64,000 nt of DNA from Octopus vulgaris. Lineage: Eukaryota. The notes beneath the pieces were generated by a model. It was not told the DNA's origin. It made no database searches and saw only the letters and a program-made list of their open reading frames with translations. Of this stretch, positions 13,029 to 27,039 are shown piece by piece. The DNA lies in assembly GCA_951406725.2 (NCBI GenBank), contig OX597814.1, positions 50,220,001 through 50,284,000 of the forward strand, written 5' to 3'. Every line of letters starts with the position of its first letter. The first letter of the stretch is position 1. Position numbers and translations under genes: made by a program.

Positions 13029-13404
13029 CTGTGTATGTATATCTTTGTATATATGTATTAATGTATTTATACACACACACACACATGTATGTATGTATGC
13101 ATGCATACGTATTTTATACATACATACGCTTTCGTAATGATATTCCTAGTATGCATCTCTTTCTACATCGTAGTTAATCGATGTTATTCCCTCTTCATAG
13201 TAGTCCACGTCTCATTTGCATATAATAGCACAAATAGAACGGTGCCATTGAAGAGACTAGCACACAAGCTCTTCTTCAGGTTAACGTTGAGCACATATTT
13301 TATCGAGTTAAACGCCTTCCGTTTTGTTCTATCCCCCACGAAATTTCAATGGCCATGTTTCCGCGGATAATTAACGAGTGGCCCAAACAGACTTATTCCT
13401 TTAC

Positions 13405-13700
13405 CTTCCGACATGGAAGTAATTCAGGAACGGTGCGGAATGAACGACGCAATCGCAGAATACGGTAAGTACAACTTCCGCTGGGTTATACATGCCAGAA
13501 GGTTCACAGCTAACAGGTAGATTTGTTCTGTTGTCGATTGGTGTCCAAGAGATCGGAAAATGTAACTCGGAAGACCTCCACAACAATGGAAGACAAATTA
13601 AACAATTTGGGACTAGATGATAAAGATGAATTTGATCATGAAGACATTGGAAGGGCATTGAAACCATTGGAGCATAGCAATACACGATACTCCGGTCGAT
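13405..13700 (+). pseudogene. RTE-clade LINE 3' ORF relic
   Basis: EVIQERCGMNDAI...FRWVIHARRFTANR*ICSVVDWCPRDRKM*LGRPPQQW matches the RTE C-terminal RWAGH..R...W.PR..KR..GRP..RW pattern. Confidence 0.8.
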
Positions 13701-13727
13701 AGAGGTGATGATATAAATATAATATAG

Positions 13728-13768
<41 letters not shown>

Positions 13769-13769
<1 letters not shown>

Positions 13770-14234
13770 TAGCAGTATCGCCCGGCGTTGCTCGGGTTTG
13801 TAAGGGAAATAACTATATAAGCATTTTTAGAGAGTTACTTCCTTATAGATGCCAATTCGGGCTTTCTTAGCCATTTCTGTTTTGGTGTCTTCAAGCCATG
13901 AAGTCGTTGTTCTAAAGAACGCTGGTCTCCTTGACAACGCTTTACGACGTTGATTTTCTTACACTCCCTTCCCCACAGCTTCACGAGGGAGGGAAGAAGG
14001 GAGAAGCAAACATGTGCAGATGTGAGCGTGGACGCCAACTCCGACGCCATCGACACACGAAAAATTATGCATTAAAATGGAATAAAAATAAATTATATAA
14101 AATCGTAGACTCATCGTAGACGCGCAATACCCAGACGGGCTCGATATGAATCACGACTATAAGATACCCGAATTTGGTTATATAGTAGTTAGGAATCTAA
14201 ATACACTCATACAATACAGTTTTATATATATAGA
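13769..14234 (-). mobile_element. Non-autonomous Helitron
   Basis: Minus strand begins TC (tctatatatataaaactg) and ends CTAG, with a GC hairpin cccgagcaacgccggg just upstream; inserted between A and T in a (TA)n tract. Confidence 0.8.
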
Positions 14235-14248
14235 TATATACATACATA

Positions 14249-14303
<55 letters not shown>

Positions 14304-16754
14304 TTATTTTGTATGTATATATACATATATGTGTATGTATATATGTATATATGTATATACACACACATGTATATATGCATCATACGAATACACACACTTG
14401 CAAAATTGAGGTTATATATGTTAATAAATTTAAAAGTAACGAAGCATATGTTGATAAGCTAACGGGGAACTCAATACTGAGAGTAGAGCCAAATTTATAA
14501 AGCATACTAGTGCTGATTGTAAGTTTTACTGACAACGCAGGCTATATGCAGAATACGTCGTTCACGAAACTCGAAATTCTGCTCAAACGATATATATTAT
14601 ATATCATGTTATATTATGTTATATTATATTATATTATATTATATTATATTATTATAAAATCACCACTAATTGCATTGAACTTTACTTGGGTTGTACCTTC
14701 AAGTTGTTTTACTTTGAAAATGTTCGCTCTCCTAAAGACGAAGCAAATCGCTCCTAGAGAGAGAAATACCTTTTGCAGCTGCATTGTCGAAACTCAATTT
14801 TTATTCTCAGAAGTACTTTTAATAATGTCGTTTGATTTTCGGTTATAGCCTGTGATATTTTTGCTCTTTTCCTGGAAATGATCTAGGTGCATTTAACTGA
14901 GAGCATTGACCGATTTTTGGTTATCGACCCTAGACACAGGTAACTTCGCTACTGTCTTAAGACACCTGACCAGTGACTTTTAGAGTGTCATCTGTGAAAT
15001 CTGTTCAGTCAGTGAGAGTAAACAGCTAACAACTGAAACAATTAAACATGTAGCGCTCGTCATTTGGTCGCCTCTATATGTTTTGGTACCCGAGCACTTG
15101 AGGAAGAGGTTGAATGTTACTGATAATCATCTCGCTTGAACTGGGTCATAGCGTCTGCGTAGTCAGGTAACAATAACTATAGTGTCATACATCTAGAAAT
15201 CAATATAACCATCGCACGAAACTAGAAAGATATGAAGTTGTTAAGAATGAAATCGGTGAGATTGTGCATGCCTGCTACTCATGCTGCTGGACTGTGCATC
15301 CGTACAAAGTCCTTGAGTTTGGGCTCAGACCGACAGGACCTGAGATGCAGTGATAATGTGGTAGATAATAACACTAAAAAAAAACCAATAGAAGAGCTGA
15401 GAAGAACCTGTTCCATAGATGTTGGGTGGAGGAGTGAAAATCCAACAACCTTTTAATTCTGTATTGTCGACTGACCGCATAACATATCTAAAGAATATTT
15501 TTGTCAATCAGAGGAGGTAGGATAACGGCCATAAATTTTATGCAGAAATTTTAAGCGTAAAGGATAAAAAGAGAAAGAAACTTCGACTCAGAGGCATTCT
15601 TTAGGCGAAATATTTTAACGTGTTCAACGGGAGACCTTGTTTAACTCGTTATAAGTAACTATGGTGGTGGTGCTAAGCAGGACAACGGATGAAGTTTGTC
15701 ACTGAAGGAGAGGTGCAATCCTAGAGATAGCCTTCTGAATTGTTTCCATATGTCCAATTTTACTCACTAAGTTCGGGTCGAGCTGTGGCCAAACCTTGTG
15801 AGTTTTATGCATTACCGTATATAGTAGTGTAAAGATACTTGTTCATAATCACAAAGTTGAGCAGACCATGTGCCCAGAGCCAGAGATTGCTTGATGGCAC
15901 AAAAACACATTATAAAAAAACCTACCTAGCTGCGTTTTTTCACATCAAGAAGCTATTATTAGCTCTTATCTTTATACTGTGTACATTAAATCATAAATAT
16001 ATATAGATATATATTCGTTCCAAGCTCAGAATCATTTTACCTGAACAAGAAATTCACTTACCATGGAATTCCGCGAAGTGATGGCGTGAATGATCAACTT
16101 CGAAAGAATAGATAAAATTTACACCTTACACCAAAATGTTAATATATATGTGTGTGTGTGTGTGTTTCTACATGTGTGTGCCAAAGTGTGTATGTAGGTG
16201 TATGCGTGTGTGCTGTGTGTATTTGTTTAACTTTAGGTGTATTTAATTTGTACTCTGTCATTTAAGAATTTGATAACTTTTCTATAATTTTATGTCTTGT
16301 GTTTGTTGGTTTTCATTTGTGCCGGCCTTCTGGCAAATAAAGAAACCGTTGCCTTCTTCGTCGTCGTCATCACCTCCTTGCACCACCACCACCACCACCG
16401 CCACCATGGTTATATTCTATCATCATAGCCACCATGGTAATATTCTATTTTCTTTTCCTTGCCAATTGTTTTTATTTCAATTCCAACACTAAATGTGTAT
16501 TGTGATTGGAAGCAGAAATCTCGCTACATTAAATGAATCTCTTTAGATCGACCCGTGCCCTTTGATTGGTAGGATCAAGTCTGATAGAATTACTTATCAC
16601 AGGACTCTGGGGTAATATCTTCTTGTTGTCTGTCTAACCTTTACAGACAGTGAGCAGAGTGAAGGGTTGGGGTAGGCGGAAAGACTATATGTTGTAAAAT
16701 GTGTACTGTTGGACATTACGGTGACTCTCTACATCTCTCTCTTTCTTTTTATTC

Positions 16755-16796
<42 letters not shown>

Positions 16797-16829
16797 CTCT
16801 CTCCCTCTCTCTCTCTCCCCCTTGATGGG

Positions 16830-17580
16830 GATGCTTGTGATAGTGTTGGTGATGGTGATGGTGATTGCTGTAATAGCTGTAGTGGGATAATAGTGGTGGC
16901 AGTAATGATGGTACGAATGTCGTGAGTAATCATAGGGGTGATGAAACCAATGTCTATTATCTTATGTTTAAAGTGAAGGTAGTAGGTAGTAGTAGTAGTA
17001 GTAGTTGGAGTAGGAGTAGCAGCAGCAGCGATTTTACATACAACGGTTATGGTGAAGATGCTGCCAGTGATGAGAAAGACACAATTATGTTGGTCGTGAT
17101 GATCATTCGACGACTACGCGACACCACGATGACGGCGATAACGACCACGACGTCTATGACATCTAAGATGATGATGATGATGAAAACGATGACTGGGACA
17201 ATGATGATAATTATGATGATGATGATGATGATGATAAGGAGGAGAAGGGAAAGGAGGAGGTTGAGGGTGACGAAGACGACGAGGAGCAGGAGGATGGTAG
17301 TGATGATGATGGCGATGAAGATAATGATGATGATGCTGATGGTGATGATGATGATGAAAACGATGACTGTGACAATGATGATAATTATGATGATGATAAG
17401 GAGGAGGTTGGGGGTGACGACGACGACGAAGAACAGGAGGATGGTAGTAATGATGATGATGATGATGATGATGATGAAGACGATGACGATGACGATGATG
17501 ATGATTATGAAAATAATGACGATGACAGCTATGATTGTGGCGTGCGTCGATGGATGATGATGACGATGATCTACATCGAC
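16830..17580. repeat. Degenerate (GAT/GAC/GAG)n low-complexity tract with internal duplication
   Basis: gaaaacgatgactg.gacaatgatgataattatgatgat...caggaggatggtagt block occurs at about 17180-17300 and 17355-17450. Confidence 0.9.
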
Positions 17581-18467
17581 GTCACGAATGTCTACTACAA
17601 AGTTTGAGATGATATTTGATACTGCAATATTAACGATGCCAAGATTAATGATGCAAGAGACTAATATAAAATTGGTGGAGACACGAAAAAAAGCAGCGAT
17701 CAGAGAATATATATTTAATTGCGCAAGCAGACAAAACTGTCCCATAATATAGATAAGTTAGTCGTTGTACCTATAATAAATTCTTTTTTGTGACTTCATC
17801 GTTATTTTGTAATTATATTTGCTTCATTTTTAGTTATTTAAAAAAATATATTTCTATCAATTATATTACTATATAATCCCAGTTTCTCACTTGCAATGCA
17901 ACGTCTTAACATTGAAACGAAACCCTCTTGATCGGGAGCATGTGTGAATTTGTGTATTCCAAAGATAAAATTAGGAAAATTTCAGAGAGTAAAAAACACA
18001 AAAGAAATAAGCAAAGCTAAAGCAAAAACAGATAAGATAATATAAACAGAGAGATATAAGCCACAAAAAAAACAAAACAAAAAAGAAATATCTATTTTGA
18101 AAGAAACAGTTATCCCTGGCGAAACATAACGAAAGAACTAAAAGTAAAAAGAGCAAGAGAAAATGAAACAACGTAATTATAGCATTAAAACAATTTTAGG
18201 TATTTATTACTTGGAATAGCTTGTAGAAATTTTGTACACTTCATTGAATTTCTTCCATTAAGAACCTCACCACTATCATACCAACAAGATGTTGTTAGCT
18301 TGAAGCGAGATTTTCCATGAAGCTTGATTCACAAATGCAATTTCGGGAACGTATGGCTAAAAGCATAGCATAAAACGGTCAGGGTAAGAAGGCTGTAAGG
18401 AGTATAAGTATGTATCTCTCTCTATTTCTTTCTCGTTCTCTGTCATATATATGTGTGTATGTGTGCG

Positions 18468-18546
<79 letters not shown>

Positions 18547-18606
18547 ATATACATATATATAATATATATATATATATATGTGTATATATATATGTATATA
18601 TATATG

Positions 18607-18644
<38 letters not shown>

Positions 18645-18825
18645 TATATATGTATGTATGTCTATATGTATGTATGTTTGTATATATATTTGATATATAT
18701 GGCGAAACACACTTCAACCACAATAACAATAGCAAAAATAACCAAGACCGCAACAATTATATGATTGAATACTAACTACCAACACCATCATAGCGCTAGC
18801 TTCAGCAACAACGTTAACTACTAGA

Positions 18826-18975
<150 letters not shown>

Positions 18976-19279
18976 GTTATCACCAAAAGACAATAGTAGC
19001 GTTCATTAACAACTACAACTGTTCTAACAAATTGGAGAAAATATAATTTTTCAGGCAGGTATCAGTTGCTTAGAATGTCATTTTATATGTAGGTCGACTG
19101 AGACTTTACCATTGAAATAAATCCGGCTATTAGAGAATAATGTTATTCCTGCTAATTCCGTTTATTATTTGAGACATTCAGTCAAATCTCATGAGCCTAG
19201 CAATGATGGAAGTTATGTTTATCAATGAAACCAGCATGAGAAAGAAAGGGTAAATAGAGAGATAGAGAGATAGACAGAC

Positions 19280-19366
<87 letters not shown>

Positions 19367-19872
19367 AAGTGGGGAAGAAGAGAAGGTGGAAGGAATCAGG
19401 AGACTCTGGGCGTGCTAGAAATTGGTCCGACTATATTCTGTAGTAAGTCCCTAAAGAGTTTCCCTCCCAATAAACTGTCGTTGGCTGGCTGCCTTCTCCA
19501 CACTTTCCTTCATGTTTACTTTCTATCTTCCTTTCTAAATAACCTTCCACATTTTCTTTCATTTTTTTTTCGTTCTCTTTCAAACATTTGTTATGTTTAC
19601 TTCTTCAGTGCTTGCCATAATTTTATAGCTCTTTCTTTTAACATTACTTTCCGTGCTTCTTTTATTATTTTTATCATACTCACATATTGAGCATACGTAC
19701 ATACATACATAAAATATATGCACACACATACATATGAATACATATAGCTAAACATATATATATATGTGTGTGTATGCATAAATGCATCTCTCTCTATATA
19801 TATATGTATATAGATATATGTATATACATGTATATATATATGTATATGTATATATATATATGTATATATATG

Positions 19873-19936
<64 letters not shown>

Positions 19937-20685
19937 CGTATCTCGGTACATATGCATACATATAATTATACAGACACGCACGCACACAAGCAACATACAC
20001 ACCCAGACACGCACACACACACACACATACACACACACACACAAACACACACACAGATGTATATAATGAATTTTGATTTATTCTTTTGGCTTGTTACAAA
20101 TTTAATAGAATCTGAAATCTTTTGTAATCAACGAACTCCTTCGAGTATTGCATTACCAGTCCGGGTGAGAAGATCTCCAGGGGGTTGAAATGAGGGAATA
20201 CATTAATACTTCTATCATGGGACTGCTTACTGAACTCTATTGTATGTATGCATGGATGTATGTATGTATGTCTCTATATCTATCTAGCTATCTATGTGCA
20301 TGTATGTATGCATGTGTTTGTATGATTGTATGATTGTATGTATGCATATAAGTTGTATGCGTTTATGCATGTATTTACACATAGTTGTACGAATGAATGT
20401 GTACATGCATGAAAGATTATCAATGCCTGATTGTGTGTGCCTGCATGCATATATATATATATATATTTCTGTATGTATGTAGGTGCATATATGTGTGTGT
20501 GTGTGTGAATGCATGTGTGCGTGCGCATGTGTATGCACATATATATATATGCATGTGTGTGTACGTGTGTGTATATATATATATGTGTGTATATATGTGT
20601 ATATATATATACATATATGCATATAATTCATACACATGTATGTATTTATGTATGTATATATGTATATATACATGTATATATATAC

Positions 20686-20764
<79 letters not shown>

Positions 20765-21698
20765 GTACGTATATGAATTCACCGTGAGGCGCGATTTCTA
20801 ATATGTTTGATATTACATTATATTTGAATCTCATTGCCAGACTTATGAAAGCGTCTTTCAAGGATGAAAACATTATTGCGAGTTGCGAGTTACTATAATT
20901 TGCTTAATGGAAAAACATGCATTGGTTTAACACTCACTCATTTTGCTGAATTCTGCCGCATCGCTAATCCAGCTTTTTGATCCTCGCCCATGATACACGC
21001 TCCTCGAATGATATTTACATCAAGCAGCGCTCACTGATTTCCATTACAATTTTAAAGCGCAAACAAAATCGCTGTATTTGATGAAAGGGTATATTAATTG
21101 TTAAATCATATTTGTTATTGTTACAGGTCATCTTTTTTTAATGCTTTAATGGACTTTATTTGTACGCGAATAACATTCTTCTTAATATTAAATAATGATG
21201 TGACTGCTAACTGCTGAACTGTGTATTTATGTGTGTTATGTGTGTATATATACGTATACAAATATGCATGCATGGGTATATATGGATATATGCATGTACA
21301 TTTATGTACATACATATATGTATGTATGCATGCATGCATGTATGTATGTATTATATATGAAGTGAGAGAGGGGAGTAAAAGCATATTCTAATCTCTTTCA
21401 AATGACTATTAAATAATGATTGCTTTGTTGAATTATTATATAGTTATTATATTCAAGTCTGACTATATTTAAAGGTCACTAGCAAGCAATAAGCGATTTC
21501 TGGTTACCTTTCAATGAATCATCTTCATGATTAGCCAATGAGTGAACTTCTACACGGTTGTGTAAGCCGCTAAAAATAGTAGCTATATTTCCCCAAAATT
21601 ACAATAATTATATACAAATTTTTTGAAGAAAGAATTAGGTGGCGTTAATAGTTTTCTGCTATATTTTCTGAATCTCGAGGTGGCCTAAACCTTATCGT

Positions 21699-21755
21699 TA
21701 CTAGCTAATATAATCGTACTAGCTAATATAATCGTACTAGCTAATATAATCGTAC
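21699..21755. repeat. 18-bp tandem repeat x3
   Basis: tactagctaatataatcg repeated three times. Confidence 0.9.
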
Positions 21756-23389
21756 AGTAATCTGCTTCATTCAGATGTGATATGTTTTGCTGTTGCTTAC
21801 TCTTTTTTTCTTTTAGCTAATTCCAATGGGTCAAGAAACCACGTGGAATCTTCTACGTTACACACAAAATGAAACGCTTTTAACCCATCGAAACCTTTTT
21901 TGACTAGATTAGGTAATAAACTTGAAACTCACCATACATTGATAAGAGCGAAATGCGAACGAAATGACTGTGTGCTTAAGAAATTTAGTTCTCAATTAAA
22001 TGGTTCTGGGGTCGGTCTCACTCCGTGGCGTCTTGAGCAAGAGACGTCTACCATATTCTGTGTACGGGAGACTGTTAAATACAAATGTACACACCACTAC
22101 ATTGACCATCGCCGCTATAGGAGAAACTGTGTACATATATCCTTGCTTATCACTGATTCATTCACCACTGATCCGGGATAACACGCTAATTATTTCGCTT
22201 ATCTCGAACTGATCTTTGATCGGTGATTAGTCAAAGATTCTGCTTGAACCGCAAAAGCGCGCTCCACCGACCATCGACAATGCTCACGACACCTTTAGAT
22301 CTCAGAACGAAATCTATATTTCCCAAATGCTTTATTATTTATTATTTCCTGATTCATTGTTTTTTTTAACCTTACACCCGTGATAGACGAGGGTAGATGT
22401 ATCGTTGCTTGTTTTTTTAAATCTGTGATCTTTGTATGAGTTCGATTATACATTTTTTTAATATCAATTATCAATTTCATAACTGTAATGCAAGGTCTCA
22501 AATTTGGCGAGACAGTATAATCAAACTGATCACAGTATTTCACTAACGCTATAAATTTATTGACCCGAAGAATGAAAGGCGAAGTTGATCCCAGAACATA
22601 AGCGATTATGACAAAATACAGAAAGGCATTTGTCTGACTGTCCGATTCCCTATAATTTTGCGACAACAACGATCTTATTTATCAAATAAAACTTAGTGAT
22701 GCCCATTGCTTCGGAATTCCTAATAATTTTTTAAACATATTTTTCATTACTGGACATTTTTTGCTAACATATATTTTCTGCCAAATTATATTCTACCCTA
22801 ATAATGTTGTCTCATATTTGAAGCCTCAGCCAAGACTCACGTTCACAGGACTAAATTTGTACTCACAATTGCGTGCCGCAAGCAACATTACAATTAAATG
22901 TTTTCAATATATTTGTTTTGGGTGTTCCTTTGCGGCAAAAAAATTGTGAATTGATTTTTAAAATGTGAAAACAGGATTGATCATGCGAATCTAGTTTACT
23001 GCAGGGCTAATTCAAGAAAGTTCCCCCCGCCACACACACACACACAAACAAACAAACACATACATACATAAACAAATACCTACGTGCGTGAAGGTATGCA
23101 TAGCATACTTAGCTGCACACACACATATATATATACATACATATATATATATGTATAATATGTATATATATATATATATATAATACATATTCGAGTACAT
23201 GTGAGTACATAAATATATGATACATATGTGAGTACATAAGGTAGAAAAATTGTACTCGAATAGCAATGATAGGTTAAAATGATAGTTTAATGAAGGAGCT
23301 ATATATACATGCACAGTCTATGAAGCTTTATCTTTTAATTTTTACTGGCTTCAGCTAAAGGCTGAGGCCATGCTGGGGCGGTGCCTTTA

Positions 23390-24440
23390 GTGGGATTGGT
23401 TTTCTTACCGGAATTGTTTCCGGTCAAATGGAGAGTTGGACAGAACTGTTCTTGTTTGTGTTTCCTGCTGCGATATAGGTTCATCCAGTACCTTAGATAA
23501 AAATTTGTTCAAACGTTCTTTGAAAACCTGTACATCTACAACTCGCAGTTCTCTGAGGTAGTTTGGCAGAATACTGAAAATCTGTGGGCCCTTGAACTCT
23601 AAGCTGTCTCAGTACTGGGTCCTTATTCTAGATGGGGATGGGTACTATGCTGTGCCGTCGAGTTCGGATGTTGGTATAGCTTTTAATCTCGAAGGCGGGA
23701 GCTAGACTTTCCAGAAATTTCCATATGTGTACTTCTTCATATCTTCCGCCTCTTTTCTCTAGAAAATAAAGCCTCATTTCCTTTAGCCTTTCTCAATACC
23801 TCATCTGTTACACCGAGTCAATCTTCTTTGCTTAGTGACTTTGGATTGCCTCGACTTCACAGTTGAGAACACTAATCTGGGTGTCTGAAAACGAGTTTTT
23901 TCCATACAAGTGGTATAGTATCCTTCTTTTCTAATTCTGAGTGATCTCATTCGCCTGCACAGTGTTGCCATTTTGGTGATATGCACATGGAACGTTGCAT
24001 CATCACTTATCTGGATTCGTAGGTAACGCACCGATTCTGACTCTGGGATCGCCCTACCATCTGGTCCTGTGTAATCCGTCTGTAGTCTCTTTGTGAGTCG
24101 CTAATAGTGAGTCGCTTGAAACTTCTCAGCATTGAACTGCATGCTTTTTTCACCAACGCACATGTATATTGCATTCATGTCTATTTCTAGTTTCAGGGTA
24201 TCATCAAGGTTCTCGACCGCCTGCGATAATTTTATATCATCAACATAGCTTGTGGTTGAATGTACGGCCGAGGGCATGTATGAGAGAGCCGCCACAAGTA
24301 CAGTTCCTAAGATATTTCCCTGAGAACATATGTCTCCTGAGAGAGAGCAGCATTGCTTGCAACTGTTTACTTCTGCCCTTTAAAAAGTCTTCTAACCACT
24401 CTCGTAGTTTCTGGCCGTAACTAAGGCCACACAGCTTCTG
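23390..24440 (-). pseudogene. Decayed CR1/L2-group LINE RT 3' region
   Basis: SYVDDIKLSQAV (YADD), MQFNAEKFQ, RYLRIQISDDATFHVHI, and C-terminal GPQIFSILPNYLREL...FKERLNKFLSKVLDEP. Confidence 0.85.
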
Positions 24441-25237
24441 ACATATATGTATGTGTGTGTGTGTGTGTGTGTGTTGGGGGGTGGGTGCGTGCGTACATTA
24501 ATGCGCTAAATTTATATAATACTGGTGAGAACAACACTTCCAAATTGATTACAAACCCATTTGAGGAAATAAACGAGCGAAGAAAGTTAAATTGTAAGAA
24601 TTAAGATTGTATATAATGTCATTTGTTGATTAACGCCAGTCAGTTAATGACGGAGTTATGGCGGAGATACTAAACATAGTTACAGGTTTTAATATATAAC
24701 ATAACAACTAAAATTACTTCCGTTAAGTACTAATTACTAATGCCAGGTGCGACATATGGAAAGCAACATCGAAATATATAATATAACGTTACATGCAACG
24801 CCATATATGTATTTACTGTTGAAGGCATATAACGTAAGATTTATGTTTAATTATTATTAAGTGTATGACGATGACTAATTAGTTACAATTTATTGCTAAG
24901 GGATTAATCCGTAGTATTTGCGTGCTACTTTATGCAATAGTTTAATGTCTATTTATGTGATTTGTCAGCCAGATATCCAATGTTCTCTTTGCAGTAATAT
25001 ATAATTTACATACAAATATGAGCTCGACGCTTCAAATACCAGTTTAGACATGCGGAAAGCGATGTGAACTGATATGCGAAAGTATCATTTACATAAAATC
25101 TTTCACACTAGACTATTAGGTTTTATAGCAAGCACTTAATACAAGCCTCCTCCGCACTCATGCACGCACAGAGAAAGAGAAACAGAGACAGACAGAGACA
25201 CGCAGACAGAAGCGCTATAATATATAATAAATGCACA

Positions 25238-25323
<86 letters not shown>

Positions 25324-25750
25324 CACTTTTTTCTTGTACTTAATTCAGGCATTGGATTGCAGACATGCAACGAACCGCCTTGAAAAGTTTAATTGAACAA
25401 ATCGCCCCCAGTAATATTCGCTTTAAAGGTTTGGTAATTTGTTGATTTTTTTATACCGAGCCGCTAGGTTACGGGGACGTAGACATACCAACAACGTTTG
25501 TCAAGCGTTAGTCGGACAAATACTACACAAACACACTCACACACATACACACGCATACTCACACACACGCGCACAACCATCCGTCCATTATCACTGCACA
25601 TCTTCAGTCCACTGGCGGACGAAGACCTAGCATGTTCTTTACATTAAACCTGGCGTGATGTTTTCCATATCCATGTTCGGATACCAAAGAATTTAACAAA
25701 ATCTTCATTCCAGCTTCTGCATGGTCTTCTCCTTTTTTCTGTCAATTTGG

Positions 25751-25799
<49 letters not shown>

Positions 25800-26059
25800 T
25801 ACACACAAAGTACATTACGTATAATGTACACATATAAAGTACATTACGAACGCAGTATAAAAAGTTGCCAGCATGCAACTTTTTACCTGGAGTCAAACTC
25901 CGTAACCCTCAGATAGCAGCCGAGCGCTCGAACCATTAACCTAAAGGTTAAACATCCAATCACTCTCTGCTATTTTCATAGCTATACTGTGCTCGAAATT
26001 TACTTTCTCGTCTGTAAAATACCAACACTTTCAGCGCTCCCAAAGTTTGTTTATCATAT

Positions 26060-26468
26060 ACTCTTTTACTCTTTTACTTGTTTCAGTCATTTGACTGCGG
26101 CCATGCTGGAGCACCGCCTTTAATCGAGTAACTCGACCCCGGGACTTATTCTTTTGTAAGCCCAGTACTTATTCTATCGGTCTCTTTTGCCGAACCGCTA
26201 AGTAACGGGGACATAAACACACCAGCATCGGTTGTCAAGCAATGCTAGGGAGACAGACACAGACACACAAACGCACACACGCACATATATATATATACAT
26301 ATATACGACAGGCTTTTTTCAGTTTCCGTCTACCAAATCCACTCACAAGGCTTTGGTCGGCCCGAGGCTATAGTAGAAGACACTTGCCCAAGGTGCCACG
26401 CAGTGGGACTAAACCCGGAACCATGTGGCTGGTAAACAAGCTACTTACCACACAGCCACTCCTGCGCC
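26060..26468 (-). mobile_element. Near-complete tRNA-derived SINE
   Basis: Minus strand ggcgcaggagtggctgtgtggtaagtagc (A box), ccgggtttagtccc (B box), ccttgggcaagtg core, internal (TA)/(TG) tract and (aaaagagt)n tail. Confidence 0.9.
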
Positions 26469-26489
26469 TATATATATATAAATATATAT

Positions 26490-26730
26490 ATATAATCTGT
26501 ATTAAATTAAGAGAAGAAAATGAAGATTTAGTGGTTAATAATTTTTTATTAATAAATAATTATTAATCACTAACTCTCCATTTTCTTCTATTAATTTAAT
26601 ACGGATTATATATTATACCAATTGATTTAGGGAAATTTTATTTCCCAAACATATAAGGTATAGAACCAGTGTTTTCTTGGATGTAATCATTCCTTCATGA
26701 GGTTAATACATTCCCTAATTAACTTAAATA
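26490..26730. mobile_element. TA-flanked cassette with ~55-bp inverted repeat and decayed hammerhead-like motif
   Basis: Hairpin about 26490-26611; minus strand gtattaac-CTCATGA-aggaatgattacatcc-aa-GAAAAC-actggttctatac at about 26658-26709. Confidence 0.5.
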
Positions 26731-26895
26731 TATACACATACACACACACACATACAGACACACATATATATTTAAATGTATGCATGTATGTATGTATGTA
26801 CGTGTGTGTGTGTACGCTTGCATAAATAAATAGAGTTTTTAATCAGTTGGACCCATTAATATAATTTTCTCAAATTCTCTCTCTTTATGTATATA

Positions 26896-26993
<98 letters not shown>

Positions 26994-27039
26994 TGTATGT
27001 ATGTATGTATGTATGTATGTATGCACGCATGCATGTATG

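Noticed and set aside
13240-13290. Minus-strand CTGAAGA followed by a hairpin
   Set aside because: No GAAA after the stem.
16922-17745. 211-aa Met/Thr-rich and 232-aa Ile-rich ORFs
   Set aside because: Alternate frames of the (GAT)n tract.
21699-21755. CRISPR-like array
   Set aside because: Direct tandem repeat without spacers, in a eukaryotic context.
21800-21920. Strong polypyrimidine acceptor with downstream gtaata
   Set aside because: All three frames contain stops; could only be a non-coding or terminal exon, unsupported.
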